64,000 bases of DNA. Origin: Lama glama. Lineage: Eukaryota. This document shows, one piece after another, positions 36,860 to 50,327 of the stretch. Positions within the stretch are counted from its first letter, which is position 1. Each line of letters opens with the position of its first letter. The notes beneath the pieces are model-generated. The model worked only from the letters and a program-made list of their open reading frames with translations, had not been told where the DNA came from and did not search any database. A program made the translations under genes and the position numbers. Where the stretch lies: positions 23,748,001 to 23,812,000 of the forward strand of contig CM052817.1 in NCBI GenBank assembly GCA_028534125.1, given 5' to 3'.

Positions 36860-39038
36860 TTGATAAATCATTAGTTAATGATTTATTTAGAAATCAAATA
36901 TTTAAAAGCCATGTCTAGTAAGTAACTTTTGGGCTTTAGAAGTGAATGAGTACCATCAATTTGTTTGTGTCATATTTGCATATATTCATCATTTTAAATG
37001 GAATAATATTCATACTGATGTGCTTGAAAAAATGACAGCTAGCTTGAAGTATATATTAAATTCAGATTTTTAAAAAAGGAAAACAGGAAAGGCAATCTAT
37101 TTGACTTATTTCTCTGTCTTCAAAAGTTGAAGGTGGTTATTTTGAAAAACAGTCACACATTCAAGTGGACTTGTAAAACAATTTTAATTTTTACTCAAAA
37201 TAGGTGAGATGTCATCATTAGCCCTTATCTTACACTTGAAAAATGGAGACAATTGTACAGGAATGGACGGGAAACCAAAGTTATCCGATTTTAAGCTCAA
37301 GTTTCAAAAGTATTCAGATAAGGCAGGTAAAAATATCCAGATACTTTCCTGTTGTCCAACACTGTCAGGCATAATTTTCACGTCTCCTTATTTCATAAAA
37401 CATAAATAATTTTAGATTTTTTTCATTAAATAGCATGATTTCTTGCTTCAAAGGAAGGCTGCCCAATAGTGCCACCTATTTTATAAACTGACCAGCAGTT
37501 TCTTTCTTTAAAAAAATTCCAATCTATGTGGATTTAAAGAATAGATATCACAAACCTGTGGTAAACTGTCTTATCACCACCAAATACAAGTGATCAGTAT
37601 TTTACAATGAAGCAATTCATAGCATTTAACAGCACATTACTGTACTATGATTGGACTGACTGAAGTGTGGGCTTTTGAACATAGACAAATTCAGATAAGA
37701 CACCTGAATAACAGAGGGGGCAAAAAGAAATGGGAGGAGTAAAGCTTGGCTACATAAAATAATGTTAATCAGAATTCACCAGACCTAATAAAATTCTAAA
37801 GAAACTGATGAAAAGTGATGCCCTTAATGTGAACTATAATTAGGTAGTACTGTCTGAGGAAAATAACCAACTCAGTAGCTGCTCTTTATGTGGAAACAAA
37901 AATAGAGGGCTTTGTCTTATCATTAAGCACAGGGAGGAGACTGCTGCTTTATTAAAAAAAAAAAAAACAAAAAAACCCCAAAAAACGACGACAACAAAAA
38001 AAACCCAGCCTAGATTAAAAGTTAACCCCAACTCCAAAATGGCCATATGTTGTACACGTCCAGTAAATTCTGGCATTGCAGAAAAGACATTACAACCTTA
38101 CTTAAAATAATAAGAAATGAACATACAAAGTAAGACAATAACAACAACAAAAAAACAAAAACAATAAAACCCTGTGATGACGAAAGTTGCACGTACCAAA
38201 ACCATAGTAAGGAACGCTTTCTCATGAACAAGTTCCAGTCAACACTGAACTAGAATGAATCTCAACAGCCTCCTTGACTTTTAGGACATTTGTTAACTCT
38301 CTGCCTCTTTTAAAAAACCCTAGTGTTGTTTGACAGGCAGCCGCTAAAACCAACCCTACCCCCTTTTCAACTTCCTTCTCTTAACTGTTCCCTAAGGCGG
38401 ACCCTATGTAAACCTAAAGACATACAGCAATTTTATTTACAATGTTTCTCAAAGTGCAAAATGTGTTACATATAGTTTCATAGGCGTCATTTAAAGACCA
38501 CATTTTATACAATACAGTACAGTTTGCAATTTCTGCTCATAAATTACACCACTTAACAGACAGCTGCAGTTGACCCTTGAACAATACAGGTTTGAACTGC
38601 ACAGGTCCACTAATACGTGGATACTTTTCAACAGTAAATACTATAGTACTACACCATCCGCAATTAGTCGAATCCACAAATGCAGAGGGATTTTGGATAG
38701 GAGGGCCAACTATAAATTATACACAGATTAGCCCGCCAACCCCCATCCCCTGTTGTCCATGGGTCAACTGTACTGCAAAAGGCTGGCCACTCAGAGTAAC
38801 CCAATGCCTTCTTACACAAGGTTTATTAATACAGTTGAACTGTACAAGCTTTGTTCAGACCAAAAAATGGTTAATCTTACACTTATCACATATATACATA
38901 TATAGCTTAAAATGCTCTTTAAATGGTTAAGGATAGCTAGACTGATCTCACCAACCAGGAATTATCTTATAGTTTGGTTTCCGGTTTGCACACAAACCTT
39001 GTACACTATATTTAAAAAAAGATAATTTGCAACATAAG
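36860..39038 (-). other. ARAP2: Putative ARAP2 3'UTR; distal end uncertain
   Basis: AU/U-rich, largely repeat-free sequence after the stop codon. Minus-strand AATAAA hexamers lie at 38822-38827, 38432-38437, 37948-37953 and 36882-36887. Which one is used cannot be determined from sequence. Confidence 0.55.
38567..38770. mobile_element. Tigger2-type MITE (204 bp) within the ARAP2 3'UTR
   Basis: TIRs CAGTTGACCC...GGGTCAACTG, with right flank TA and left flank TG (mutated TA TSD). Confidence 0.88.
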
Positions 39039-39422
39039 TCATTTTATTTCTTTCTGCACGACCTGCTCCCCCTGTAACTCTTTTGGAAGGGCTCTTGACC
39101 GCTGTAGAACCACACTCAGCTCCTCAATGACCTTCGATGGTAACTTATTATTAGTGTCCAAAGTAGCTTTGCCATTCCTGTCCTCGGTCTTCCTCAATGT
39201 CTTTAGCCCTCTATGGCCTTTTGGTTGCCCTTGGAGGACCTCAGCCTCTGTGTCCTCCAGACAGTTGAAACTCCGATGCTTTCTGGTTCGACTTCGAAGT
39301 TTATCGTCCTTGTGCTCCAGGCACTGGGCCACAAGGGAAGCTCTCCCCTTTAAGGTGCTGTCCCCAGGCTCCTGAACACACTTTGCACCGAGCCGCAGCC
39401 TTTCGAGTTCTGCTCTTGCACT
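39039..39422 (-). CDS. ARAP2: ARAP2 terminal coding exon (384 nt including TGA)
   Basis: ttatttttag|AGT GCA AGA GCA GAA CTC. Translates SARAELERLRLGAKCVQEPGDSTLKGRASLVAQCLEHKDDKLRSRTRKHRSFNCLEDTE...LPKELQGEQVVQKEIK*. The frame agrees with ORF 39039..39332. Confidence 0.95.
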   Translation of the reverse strand, partial: SARAELERLRLGAKCVQEPGDSTLKGRASLVAQCLEHKDDKLRSRTRKHRSFNCLEDTEAEVLQGQPKGHRGLKTLRKTEDRNGKATLDTNNKLPSKVIEELSVVLQRSRALPKELQGEQVVQKEIK

Positions 39423-39764
39423 CTAAAAATAAAACGAAACATCTCACAGGGAAGCAAGATCTGGCACACTTTGTTTCAAAAATATACTGCACGGAAAAGT
39501 TGATGCTTCTTACATGAGAATTTCTTTCCGTGATTTAGGTTCTAACTCTCCTTTGGCACAAGCAGCATGTCTGAATTTATAGACTGATCTCAGAGCTACA
39601 AAATCAACTGAAATGTAGACCATGGAAATTCATTTTAACAGGCATTTAACGTACCACTTCAAAGGTGTCTTTCAAGTTAGGTACTCAAATTGACTCTCGT
39701 TTCAAACTTGCCTCTTCCAATTCACTTCTGCTTGGACGTGTCACATGTTCATGCATCTATAATT

Positions 39765-40022
39765 CCTAGTGTTGTACCCGAAGCACAGAGAAAAAAGGTG
39801 GTCTCTGTGGCCAGCGAGTCTCAGAAATGCTCTGCACTACAGGCCCCTCTTTGAGATTCACAATACATGTTAGCATATTAAAGAAGCTGAGAGATGTTAC
39901 AGCGGAAAATCCTGTTTGACTTCTTTTTCTGTTTATTTTCTTCCCCCAAATATTTGACTAGTGAAATCTTTTCCTCACATAATGCCTATTAGAATCCCAC
40001 AGACACATTTCAGAAGACACTG
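39765..40022. mobile_element. hAT-Charlie-like MITE relic
   Basis: gagattcacaatacatgttagcatattaaagaagctgag...cctgtttgactt, ending ...agacactg. Confidence 0.5.
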
Positions 40023-40634
40023 ACTGAAAGGTACACATAGTTATGTATTAAAGCCCACTTTGGTATCAGTGGCTTAGAGTACACATTCATTCAGTGAACT
40101 CTAAGTGCCCGCAGGTCCCAGGGTCCAGGTCCACTGAGACAAGACCTGTGCTGGTTGCGAGGTGCACTTTCTTCACTAGCGTTCAGGGCATCTCGTGACT
40201 GGGCAAAAGGGACTACAACCTAATCAAATGTGAGATTAAAAAAATGAACAACAGAGAATCCAGCATGTACTGGGTAGGGAGCCCCAGCTAAAGGCTACCC
40301 CTCACCGCCTCAAACTGGGTCAGGGTGGAGGTGAGGGCGGGAAGGGGAAGTCATCTTTCTTTTCACAAGCAAGAGTTGAAGAAATGTCTTCGTAATTTCC
40401 TTAGTAAAAACTGCAAAGCACAGACAGAAGAAATCTCAAGGAGTTTATTTTTTTTAATTACATTACAAATGTTGGAGAGAGAGAGGGTGAAATGAAAATG
40501 ATGATATTAAGAATGAAATTGAGTAGCATCAACAGTGTAGTAACTAAGGATGTCCAATAACATGCTTCAAAAGGCAACACTTCACCTTTTAATTTTTCTC
40601 TATAGCACTCATCACTTTTTTAAAACATGTTTTC

Positions 40635-40869
40635 TATTATTTTCTTATTTTATTTTTAGGGGTGTGATTATATTTATTTTTTAATGGAGCTACTAGGGAT
40701 TGAACTCAAGACCTTGTGCTTACTAATAAGCAAGCACTCTATCACTGAGCTATACTTTCCCCCTGCTAAATTGGCTTTGTTTCTGTTTATAACGGAGGTA
40801 CTGGGGATTGAACTCAGGACCTCGTGCATGCTAAGCATGCGCTCTCCTATTGAGCTATTACCCTCCCCC
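40635..40869 (-). mobile_element. Dimeric (head-to-tail) tRNA(Ala)-derived SINE
   Basis: Two antisense tRNA-like heads (about 40685-40763 and 40794-40869) separated by a roughly 30-bp linker, with a single T-rich tail at left. Confidence 0.85.
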
Positions 40870-42639
40870 TTCACTTTCTAATATACTAGATAAGCCACTC
40901 ATCTCTTGTGATTGTCTGAATGCCCTGCTATAAAGTCAACTCATTGCAAGAAGAGTTTCTGTTTTTTCACTTTTGATTTGTTCACCCTATTACAGAGCAT
41001 GCATACAGGAAATGATCAATAAATATCTTCTGAATAGTGACTGAAGAAAGGTTTAAAAAAGTTCAGATGTATAATATTCTGTTCTATTTTCCTAAATCCC
41101 AGCAGATGAAAACAGGAAATTATGAGACAAATTCAAGCTGAATAAAAACAATTTCATCAATGTAATTTATAAGTATTTTGTAATTTGGAATTTTCTGATA
41201 AGATTAGGATTATGCATTATAGATAAGTATTTCTTCTACACTAAAATCAATAGGAAGAAACATTTAGTTATTTAGTTCCTAGCTTAATTCCAAAGTTTCA
41301 TTAGAATATGTTAGAGGTAGTGTTGATAACTGCACAACCATGTGAATGTAATTAATGAACTGTGCACTTAAGATGGAAAATTTTGTTATGTGTATTTTAT
41401 CACAATATATAAAAAAATGAGAGATTAGTAAAAATGATGATTTAGCATAGGAATGTGATTGGGAGTTTTATTAAAAATATAATCTTATTAAACAGTTTCA
41501 CTTGGCATCTATTAGGGAAAATCAAGGCTATAGAGTGGTTTTATATATATTGTAATAATAGTTCTCATTGTCTTTCAACTATCAGCAGAAAGACTTTAAG
41601 AGTCTCTTAGATGTTGAATTTAGGGGACAAATATTAATATGTGTAATGCTGAAATTTCAAGTAAAACTACAATATTAGCCTAAATGACATAAGCTTATAT
41701 GAAGGGGGGAGAGGGGGATGAAGTGAACTGTTAAGAAGATGAGAGAGGGAGCGATATGCATGAACAATGCAGCGTGTGGAGGGCCTTAGCCTGCTGTGGG
41801 GAAAGAAAGCCAAGGACACTGATGCTGTGGAAAGAAGCACATCCTTTATGTGCTGCACTGTTCTTAAAAGACAAGGTATGAAATTGGGAGAGCAAGAGGT
41901 AGCCTGGTCCAGACGATACTAGATTGTGTCAGGGGGCATTTAGAGAAAACCGTTTGAATGGAAATGAGGATCTGAAAAGGAGTCGGTCTCCCAGCAGAAA
42001 AAAAAGTTCCTCTGTCACAGTCAGAGCAAGATGCAGGAATGGGTGAGCAAATCTCTCACAAGGCTCTAGCCTCTGCCCACATATATTTGCCTTTATATCT
42101 AGATGGGGGCCAATGGTTATGGAGGTCCCATGATAGCAAAACGTAGCATGACCAGTGTACCGATTACAGCAGAAACTCTCTTAAGTGACTTTCACTACTG
42201 AAGTCACTGTATTAGTTGATATCATCTCTTTGCTATAAAGTATATATCGCTAATTGATTCTCATGATAATGTTTTAAATGCTTTATACTTTATATGATTA
42301 TTTACACTACAGAATATATCATGCAGAAATAGAAACCCAAGGAAATGACCATATGCTCAAAGTCACACAGGTGGGAGTTCAGAAAGGACCCGAGGCTGGC
42401 CTGTGTGAAACCAGTCTTCTTTCCACCACGTCAAGCTGTGCTCCAGGATGGTGACAGGGGAGAGAGGTGTTTAATGGGTAGGATTCTAGGTCACCATTTT
42501 CTGCTTCAACTGCATCATTTTCTTTACTCATAATTTTTGTTTTACAGATTCCTTTCAAGGCATTCTTGAAAGGAAAGGCAATTTTGGAAACGAGTGAATT
42601 ATTCCATATTGTCTTCCAAGGTCTTTATTTTGTCTCAAT

Positions 42640-42845
42640 AAGTGTTAACTCTGTGCCAAGCATTAGTCTAATAAATTCTCTAGTATGATATCATTTAATC
42701 CTCACTACCACCCTATGAATTAAGGGCTTCTGTTATCCCTACAGGCTTACAGATAAAAGCTGAGCACAATGATAAAGTGTAGGTACCCAAGCGTAAGCAG
42801 GAGGGCTCTAGGTAGCATCTAGCTTGTATGTTCTTAAGCACTCTG
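42640..42845 (-). mobile_element. MIR
   Basis: tcatttaatcctcactaccaccctatga...ttacagataaaagctgagcac MIR core pattern. Confidence 0.7.
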
Positions 42846-44761
42846 TTGGCCTCTTTTCATCTATGATTTCCTTTGCCAACATCTTACTTCCCCTGGCTTA
42901 TTCAGCTAGCTCACTACTAATTTACTCAGTTAATTTTAGAAGTCACTTCCTCCAGGAAGCCTTCCATGCCCAGATGAGGTATCCTCATTCTACCTTCCAC
43001 TGAGCCTCATGAAAGCAAGAGAGATCACAGAATGGGAAGTCACCAACTTCACCAGTATGGCAACAATCAGAAAAGCAATCTTTCTTGAATATATCCATTG
43101 ATAAAGACTACATTTTTCTAATGAATATAACCTACTTAGTAATATTTTAAGCTACTTTATTATTTTCTTACACATTTACATAAATCTAATCTAATTCTAT
43201 AATATTTTAATGGTTCATATGAAAAACTGTAATTTTAATTCCTTTTAAACTTTCAATGTTTTTCAATGAAAAATACTAAATATTAAAAAATGTTCTTTGC
43301 CAAATATGTTGAATTACCACATTTACCAAATTTACAAAAAAGTTTGGCTTAGTTTAACTACTCATATGTTTTCAAGCAACTAGTATTTCATGGCATTGTT
43401 TTAAAAGCCTTTAACAATTTTGTTAGTTTTAGTTGACCAAATTTCTGATCTTAAGTATGCTAAAAAACAAAACAAAACGAAACAAAAAACTGTCTCTGAA
43501 ATTCTGAATTTGGGATTAAGTAACAAACTACTGTATATTAAATCATCGTCTCAATTCCATACTGGATACTGGTTAATATATTTGATTCTAATAATTTATC
43601 TTTCTCTTTGCTCCATAATCGATCACGAGGCAATGGTAGAAGAAGCTGGGGTTATCTACTCCCCTACTTTTCTTCACTGGTTCAGCTTGGGTTCCTGGGA
43701 AGATTCTAGATTAGCTGAGGAGGCCACGGTTCTGCAGAGCAGTTGCCAAGAGAAACCTGTAAGCACAGAATGGCCGGAGGGACAAGCGCCTGGGCTCCTG
43801 GGAGCCTTCCTCTTCCCTGTGTTTATATCAGCACAGGCCTGAGCAGGCAGCGAAGGAAATAAGCCATTATTTTCAAGGCTTTTTATCTTTTAGAGGAGAG
43901 GCATATTACAGTGGAATAAATGTTCAAAATGGTAAAACATTTAAAAAAATCTGATCATTAAATTAAAATGGCTTTCATCCTTCAAAAGTTATTCCTGTTT
44001 GGAAAGCAAGAAACACACAGCTTAATCCCAAACAGAGGCTCTAAAAAGAAATAATATCTTCTACATGCTTTTCTTTTGGAACTCATCTAAGGCATCGAAA
44101 CTTGCGCTAGTCCTGAAGGGTCAGTTTTGAGTGTAAACAGCCTGCGTCCTTTCCTGAATCAAGACTGATGCTCTTTATGTTCACCCTGCCCTTAAGGTGA
44201 GAAGGAAAACAAATAGCAGTTTTCATGAAAGATGCCAAATTTTCTTTATTGATGCTCAGGGGTCATCCTGTTGTTCCCTTAAATGAACTGAGACACCCCA
44301 TGGGTTCCCAAACCACTGGAATTTGATTGTCTTACTGGAAAGTCTAGTCACAGTGTCTCCAGACATATTCTGCCACAGGCTCATTCTAAGGAGGTTACAT
44401 GTGAACTTGGAAGACTAATTTGAGACTGCAGTTTTCACCACGAGAACTTCTGTATACATACTTAACATTCTTGGCTACTTTAGGGATAAAAAAAAAAGCA
44501 GTACTGTGCATATGTAATCAAGTGGTCAGTGACATTATTAAAACTAATCATTTAAGACAAGTTAATAAAATACAAAACTTCAAAGAGTGGCACAGGGTTA
44601 CTCATAAAGTTTTCTTGATGGATATGATTTTTACTACGCTTTCCAAAGTAATTATTACTGTGGTTTTGAAACCAATGCAGTAATTAATGCATTGAATCAC
44701 CTTATGACAAAAGAAAACAAATGCTATAATTAATGGGAAAACAAATAAAATCCTAACCTAC

Positions 44762-44896
44762 CTCAATATTTCTCCGGGCTTGGGTTGCATTCCTCTCATG
44801 CTGGATGGGAATTAGAGGCAAACCTCCAATTTTGGGATTTTTGGTGATAGAACGTTTTCGCTCCTTTCCAGCTGGTGGCCATATATCATTTTCATG
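44762..44896 (-). CDS. ARAP2: ARAP2 penultimate coding exon (135 nt)
   Basis: gtttccacag|CAT GAA AAT ... AAT ATT GAG|gtaggt. Translates HENDIWPPAGKERKRSITKNPKIGGLPLIPIQHERNATQARRNIE. Confidence 0.95.
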
Positions 44897-46049
44897 CTGT
44901 GGAAACACAATTTCCTGCTGTTGGTGTGTGATTTATACCATGTGGTACACCAGGTTACATAGTCACTTGGCTCCTTTTCCATACATCCAAGTCAGATGCT
45001 CTGTGTTCCATGAGGCACCCCGTTGTAATTATGATGTTAACTCTGGTGGCGGCACCACTCCAGGATGCAAAACTCGTAAGTGAACTGAGCTTTGAGGTCT
45101 CAGTTCAATTTCTAGGTTTCAAATACATGCCTTCTGTACTACTTACAAAACCATGAGGGGGAATATGTTTAAGGAAACCAACAAATGTAATACACCTGTC
45201 TACATTTCTAGGCCCCGGAGTCAAAATGACTATACATTCATCTTCTCTTCCCACAAAGACAACTTTCATGTAAAAATAACTTGACGTTACATATACCCCC
45301 AAGTCAACCTAAGGCATGACTGTCAGGACAATTATCTTTGTGATCTTTGGGAAGATGTTACTCTTTCATCTAATTGAGTTCCAAAGAACTGCTACCTTAT
45401 ACCAAGACATTCACACTGTACATTGTACAACAGAACATGTGGTACATTTGTTCTCAAATTACTGACTACATATTCTGGCCACTGAGCAATTATAGATATG
45501 ACTGGAGAAAAGTTAATTTTGCGAAGTGGAGAAATACCCACAGGTAAAAATGAAAGCTCTTAAATGATAAATCCGTAAGATATGCATATGAAAGGAAAAC
45601 CTTTAAAGAATTTTTCTACCCCTCAGGGTAGATTAACTTTTCAGAAGTTGGGAAAAACAAATTGATTTTCAGATGACAACCTATGAAAGAAATACAGAAT
45701 ACCAACTATACTGAGAAGCTTAGAGATGTTATTGATGAAATGAAAACCATCTAGTAAATTATATAGCTGAATACCTACTCATTATTTTCTTCTGTTAAGA
45801 TAGAACAAATTTTAACTCTTAGGTTGCAATCTGTATTGTAATATCACATTTTATACAGCCAAAAAATTTAATTGCAACAGATGTTGATTGTGTGCTCATT
45901 ATGTAATAGCAGCTAACTTATACTGAGGGGCATACTGCTAGACTTTGTGCTGATCCACACCTTGCCTGTGGTGGATAACGCTGTAGTAGACATGGGTCTG
46001 CTGCTCACTGTCTGACCTTGACCTCTTACCTTTCCAGCTAGCTTAGTTT

Positions 46050-48600
46050 AGTTTCATTTGCTCTAAATATTCTTTAGACTTCTTGAGACCTTCAGTCTCT
46101 TCTCTACCCCATTCTCCTTTCACATTCTTTCTTCCTTCACAGCCTGCCTCGGATTTCATGGTCAATCAGTATGCTCACTTCCTTGCAATATGTTCAAGCC
46201 GTTTGCTGCTTCTCTTTCTATAATATTGGCCTGGCCAAGCCCTAGTTAAACCCCATTTAACTTACTCTGTTGGTGCCTCCAAAATGATGAAGATCAGTCT
46301 GGAGATTCATCTCACTTTTAAATTTACCCTCAAATTTCAAGTGAGCACTTAGCATTCCCTTGACATTCTACTACGGTACCACTGGGTTCCCGACCTTCTG
46401 AAGGTTACTGCTCATCTCTTACTCTGCCCCAACACTTCTAATATCCCCCCCTGACTCACTGATTTAATTTAAAAAGAACACAAATAACAAATGTTGGCAA
46501 AAATGTGGAGACAAAGAGAAGGCTCATACACTTGGTAGGAATGTAAACTGGGGAGCCACCATGGAAAACAAAAATAAGAACAGAACTATCATATGATCCA
46601 GCAATTCCTCTCCTGGGTATATATCCGAAAAGAAACCAAAAACACAGACACTGATTTGAAAGGATACATGCATCCCAATGTTAATAGCAGCATTGTTTAC
46701 AATTGCCAAGAATGGAAGCAACCTAAGTGTCCATTACAGATGAATGGATAAAGCAGATGTGGCAAATATATACAATGGAATACTGCTCAGACATAAGAAG
46801 GGATAAAATTTTGCCATTTGCAACAAACATGGATAGACTTGGAGGGTATTATTACGTTAAATGAAATAACTAAGACAGAGAAAGACAAATACTGTATGAT
46901 ATCACTTATATGTGGAATCTAAAAAAATAAAACCAACTAGTGAATATAATAAAGAAGTAGACTCACAGATATAGAGAACAAACTAGTGGCTATTGGTGGA
47001 GAAAGGGAAGGGGGAGGGGCAGTAGGAGAAGGGGATTAAGAGGTGCCGACTATTAGGTATGAATAAGCTACAAGGCTATAGTATACAAAACAGGGAATAC
47101 AGCCAGTATTTTATAGTAACTATAAATGTAATATAGCCTTGGAAATTTTTAATCACTATACTGTGCACCTGTTATTCATATAATCTTGTACACCAACTAT
47201 ACATCAATAAGAAATAAAAAACTAAAGGAAAAACAAGAAAAAATTATTAGTAATCATTCAAGAATTTCATTTTCCCACCATGAAATGTACATTTAAGGCC
47301 ATATAAACATCTCTTCCAATCAGTATTTTCTCATTACAAATAACGCTTCTCCAGTCATATCTATAATTGCTCAGTGGATCAGAATTGAGCCAATAATCTG
47401 AGGACCAAGGGGTCACACCCTCCTTGGGATAATGACTTTTTCAGCAATAATGAACATATGTGTTGGCTCACGTTGCTTTATGTCTGCTCAGAGCCTCTGC
47501 TGGTTTAACATTCTCTCCTTCAATTCCTTGATAGAATTCTCAGCAACCAAAACCTGATTTCCTTCTTCCTCCATGCTTCTCATTCTTTTGCTCATTTTTT
47601 TCTCTTCTGTTTGACCTTGAAAGTTGGCAGTGTCCTAGGGCTTATCTGTCTTTCCTCATGTTCTCTCCCTACAGCCTCCCCTCTGCGACTGTGCATTCTT
47701 ATTCTCCCTCGTTCTTATATTCTCTCTCTCTCTCATCTCGCCCAATCCCCTCATGGCATGCCAGTACAACCCAAATGCTGGCTCCCGCCAGACTTACATT
47801 TCGGCTCCATACTTTTAACTTTTGAGTTTTTGATTCAGACACCTAACCTGCTAATCAGCCTATCCATTTGTATGTCCAATAAGCATCTCAAATTTCACAT
47901 GGCCACAACAGAACATTCAATGTTCTTCTGCATCTCTGATGATGTCACCTACATTCACCATCTGACCAAGTTAAACAGCTAGGACTCTTCTTTGATTCCT
48001 ACTCCTCCCAAACTGCTATCGCCAATCAATCTGTAAGCCGTACTGCCTCTACCTTCAGATACTCTTGAATCTGAATATGTCTCACCAGATCCACTGTTAC
48101 CACCCTAGTGTGAACTGCCATCTTCCACAGAGCTGTTCTTCCTGCTTCCATCCTTGACCCCCTCCAGTGCAGCCTCAACAAAGGAACCACAATTTTTTTT
48201 TAAGTAATGTAAGCTGATTCTATCATTCCCTTGTCTCCCACTCAGACTTCCAAACTGGGACTACATCAACTGCCCCCTGCCTTCCTCATCTCTGACATCC
48301 TCTCTCAGGCCTTCCTGATGTGCATGGAATGAGTCAAGAGGATGACATGTCAGGACCTCGGGTTTGCTGGCCCCTATCCCTGGAGTATTCTCTCCTGTCC
48401 TGGATACCTGACTCCCTCACTTCAGACAGGTCTCAGCACAGCTGTCAGCTTCTCAGAAAGGATCCCCTGAGAGGCTTTCTCAACGAGCGCCTTCCTTACA
48501 TCAGTCATGCTGGCTTTCCCTTCCCTAGCTTATTTTATCATTTCATCACACTAATACCTATTAGAAATTGTATCAGATTATTCTCGTTCCTATTTTAGAA
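46050..48600 (+). mobile_element. L2 relic interrupted by an L1
   Basis: Pyrimidine-rich L2 motifs: tccatttgtatgtccaataagcatctcaaatttcacatggccac, ctttgattcctactcctcc, ccactgttaccaccctagt. Confidence 0.7.
46470..47240 (+). mobile_element. 5'-truncated L1 (end of ORF2 plus 3'UTR)
   Basis: aataacaaatgttggc ... atatgatccagcaattcctctcctgggtatatatcc ... tcacttatatgtggaatctaaaa ... caactatacatcaataa, followed by an A-rich tail. Confidence 0.92.
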
Positions 48601-50327
48601 ACACTAACAGCATGTGCTTTGTCGGAGGCACTGGGCTCTGTGATGCGGATATACATGTAGTTTTAATAAGGCTGACACAGTCCTTCCTCTCATGGAGTTT
48701 TTAGTAGGAAAGACAGACTTGAAAAACCTAAATATGCAAATGGTTTTAAACTAGAGCTACAATGTTCAAGTACAGGATGCTAAGGGTTCCTGCAGCCTGA
48801 AGGTCTAATTGGTCCGAAGATCAGGGAAGGTTTCTCTGAGAATGTGACATGTAGGCTGAGGACTTTCGAGGCAGGGGGGAGGATGGGGATGGATATTAGA
48901 AAAGTATTTCAGGCACCACAAAGAACTCATTGTAAGGGGCACTCACTGTTGATATGTGTGTATTAACATATATATTAACATTTGCTACTTTCCTGTCTGT
49001 TTTCCTATGGAGGTGCACCATTAAATCCTCAAATCCAAAAGGACCTTTGTGTTTACCTTAATCTTAAGAAGTGGAATGAACAGAAGAAATGTAATTGCGC
49101 TGAGTCTCTGGGGTCAACACAACAAGGGAGGGCAGGTGAGGCAGGGAGAAATAACTTGGTGGTGAGAGTTACCTCTGCTTCTGGCTATTTACACCTTTCT
49201 TTTCAACTACAGAGTCTACTGACTTCAATTATAAAAACAAAAACATCAAATTTGGTTATGCCATAAATCAACACTGAAACAGTTTTAGACTCTCTGGTTC
49301 CAATTTTACTAATACTTCAAATCTACCTTTTTTTTTTTTAAGTAGGACTTGAATATCTGAATTTTTAAAAAATCTCACAAAAAAAGAAGAAAAGCCTCTA
49401 AGAAGTTAGCAGTCGGTCTTTTTCTGGCAACATATTCCCAGGCAGTAATAGTAGAGTCAGGCTGTGAAGAGCAGTGTTTATTAACCACTGGAAAGGTTAA
49501 TAAATTAAATGAACAGAGAAAATGGTTTTCAAAACAAATAAGGACAAGATTCTGGGGTGAATTAACTTCTCACTTGTAAGAGAAACAGGGAAGTACATCC
49601 CGAGTAATAAAGAGTGGCAACTTAATTGTCACCAGTGAACTTCAGTGCTCTGGTGGGGGAAGCATTGCTGGGCATTCAGCCAGACAAGGCTGGGGAAGAA
49701 ACCAGTCCCCTGTTTAAGGGGACTATTTAACTGTCCCTCCAAGGAGGAGTCCTCCTCTAGGGAGGCCAAATGGGAATGGGAACAGGGGTCGGCCCCTGGC
49801 GCCCCTGGGTTTAAAGCACTAACTAAATGTACAGTCCTGAGCAAATCATGGAGCCTCCGTTAATCCCTGTTCCCTGATAAGCATAATCTTGCACAATTTG
49901 TTGCAAGGAGTACACAAATTAATTCTTTCGAAGTATTTAGCATGCAGTATGTATTCAAGAAATGGACATTCCTATCCTTGTTTCTGGAAAATCAGGAGGC
50001 CATGGGGAGAATAAGAAGGAAAAGAACACATTTTCTAAACAAAGGTCAATGGGATGACAGTTTAGACAAGCCCCTCGTTCTTATATGACCATCTTGAAGC
50101 ACCTCTTGCAAGCTAAGGAGCTGCTGGGCTGGCAAAACAAAGCCTCAACAAAGAGTAAACTCTCTTTCAAGGAGTAAGGGGTAAGTCTGTATTCTCATAT
50201 ATTTTAAAAAATGAATGAAAAAAAAGTATGTGTATAAAACTCATGAAGAATTCTTTGAAAAGCACCACCACATGGACATTTTTCCTTAAACAGTTATTAT
50301 AATTGATGGTTGGAACAGACATCATAC

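Noticed and set aside
43420..43842. 140-aa plus-strand ORF in an ARAP2 intron
   Set aside because: TTG start, low-complexity N-terminus, no recognisable domain or splice context.
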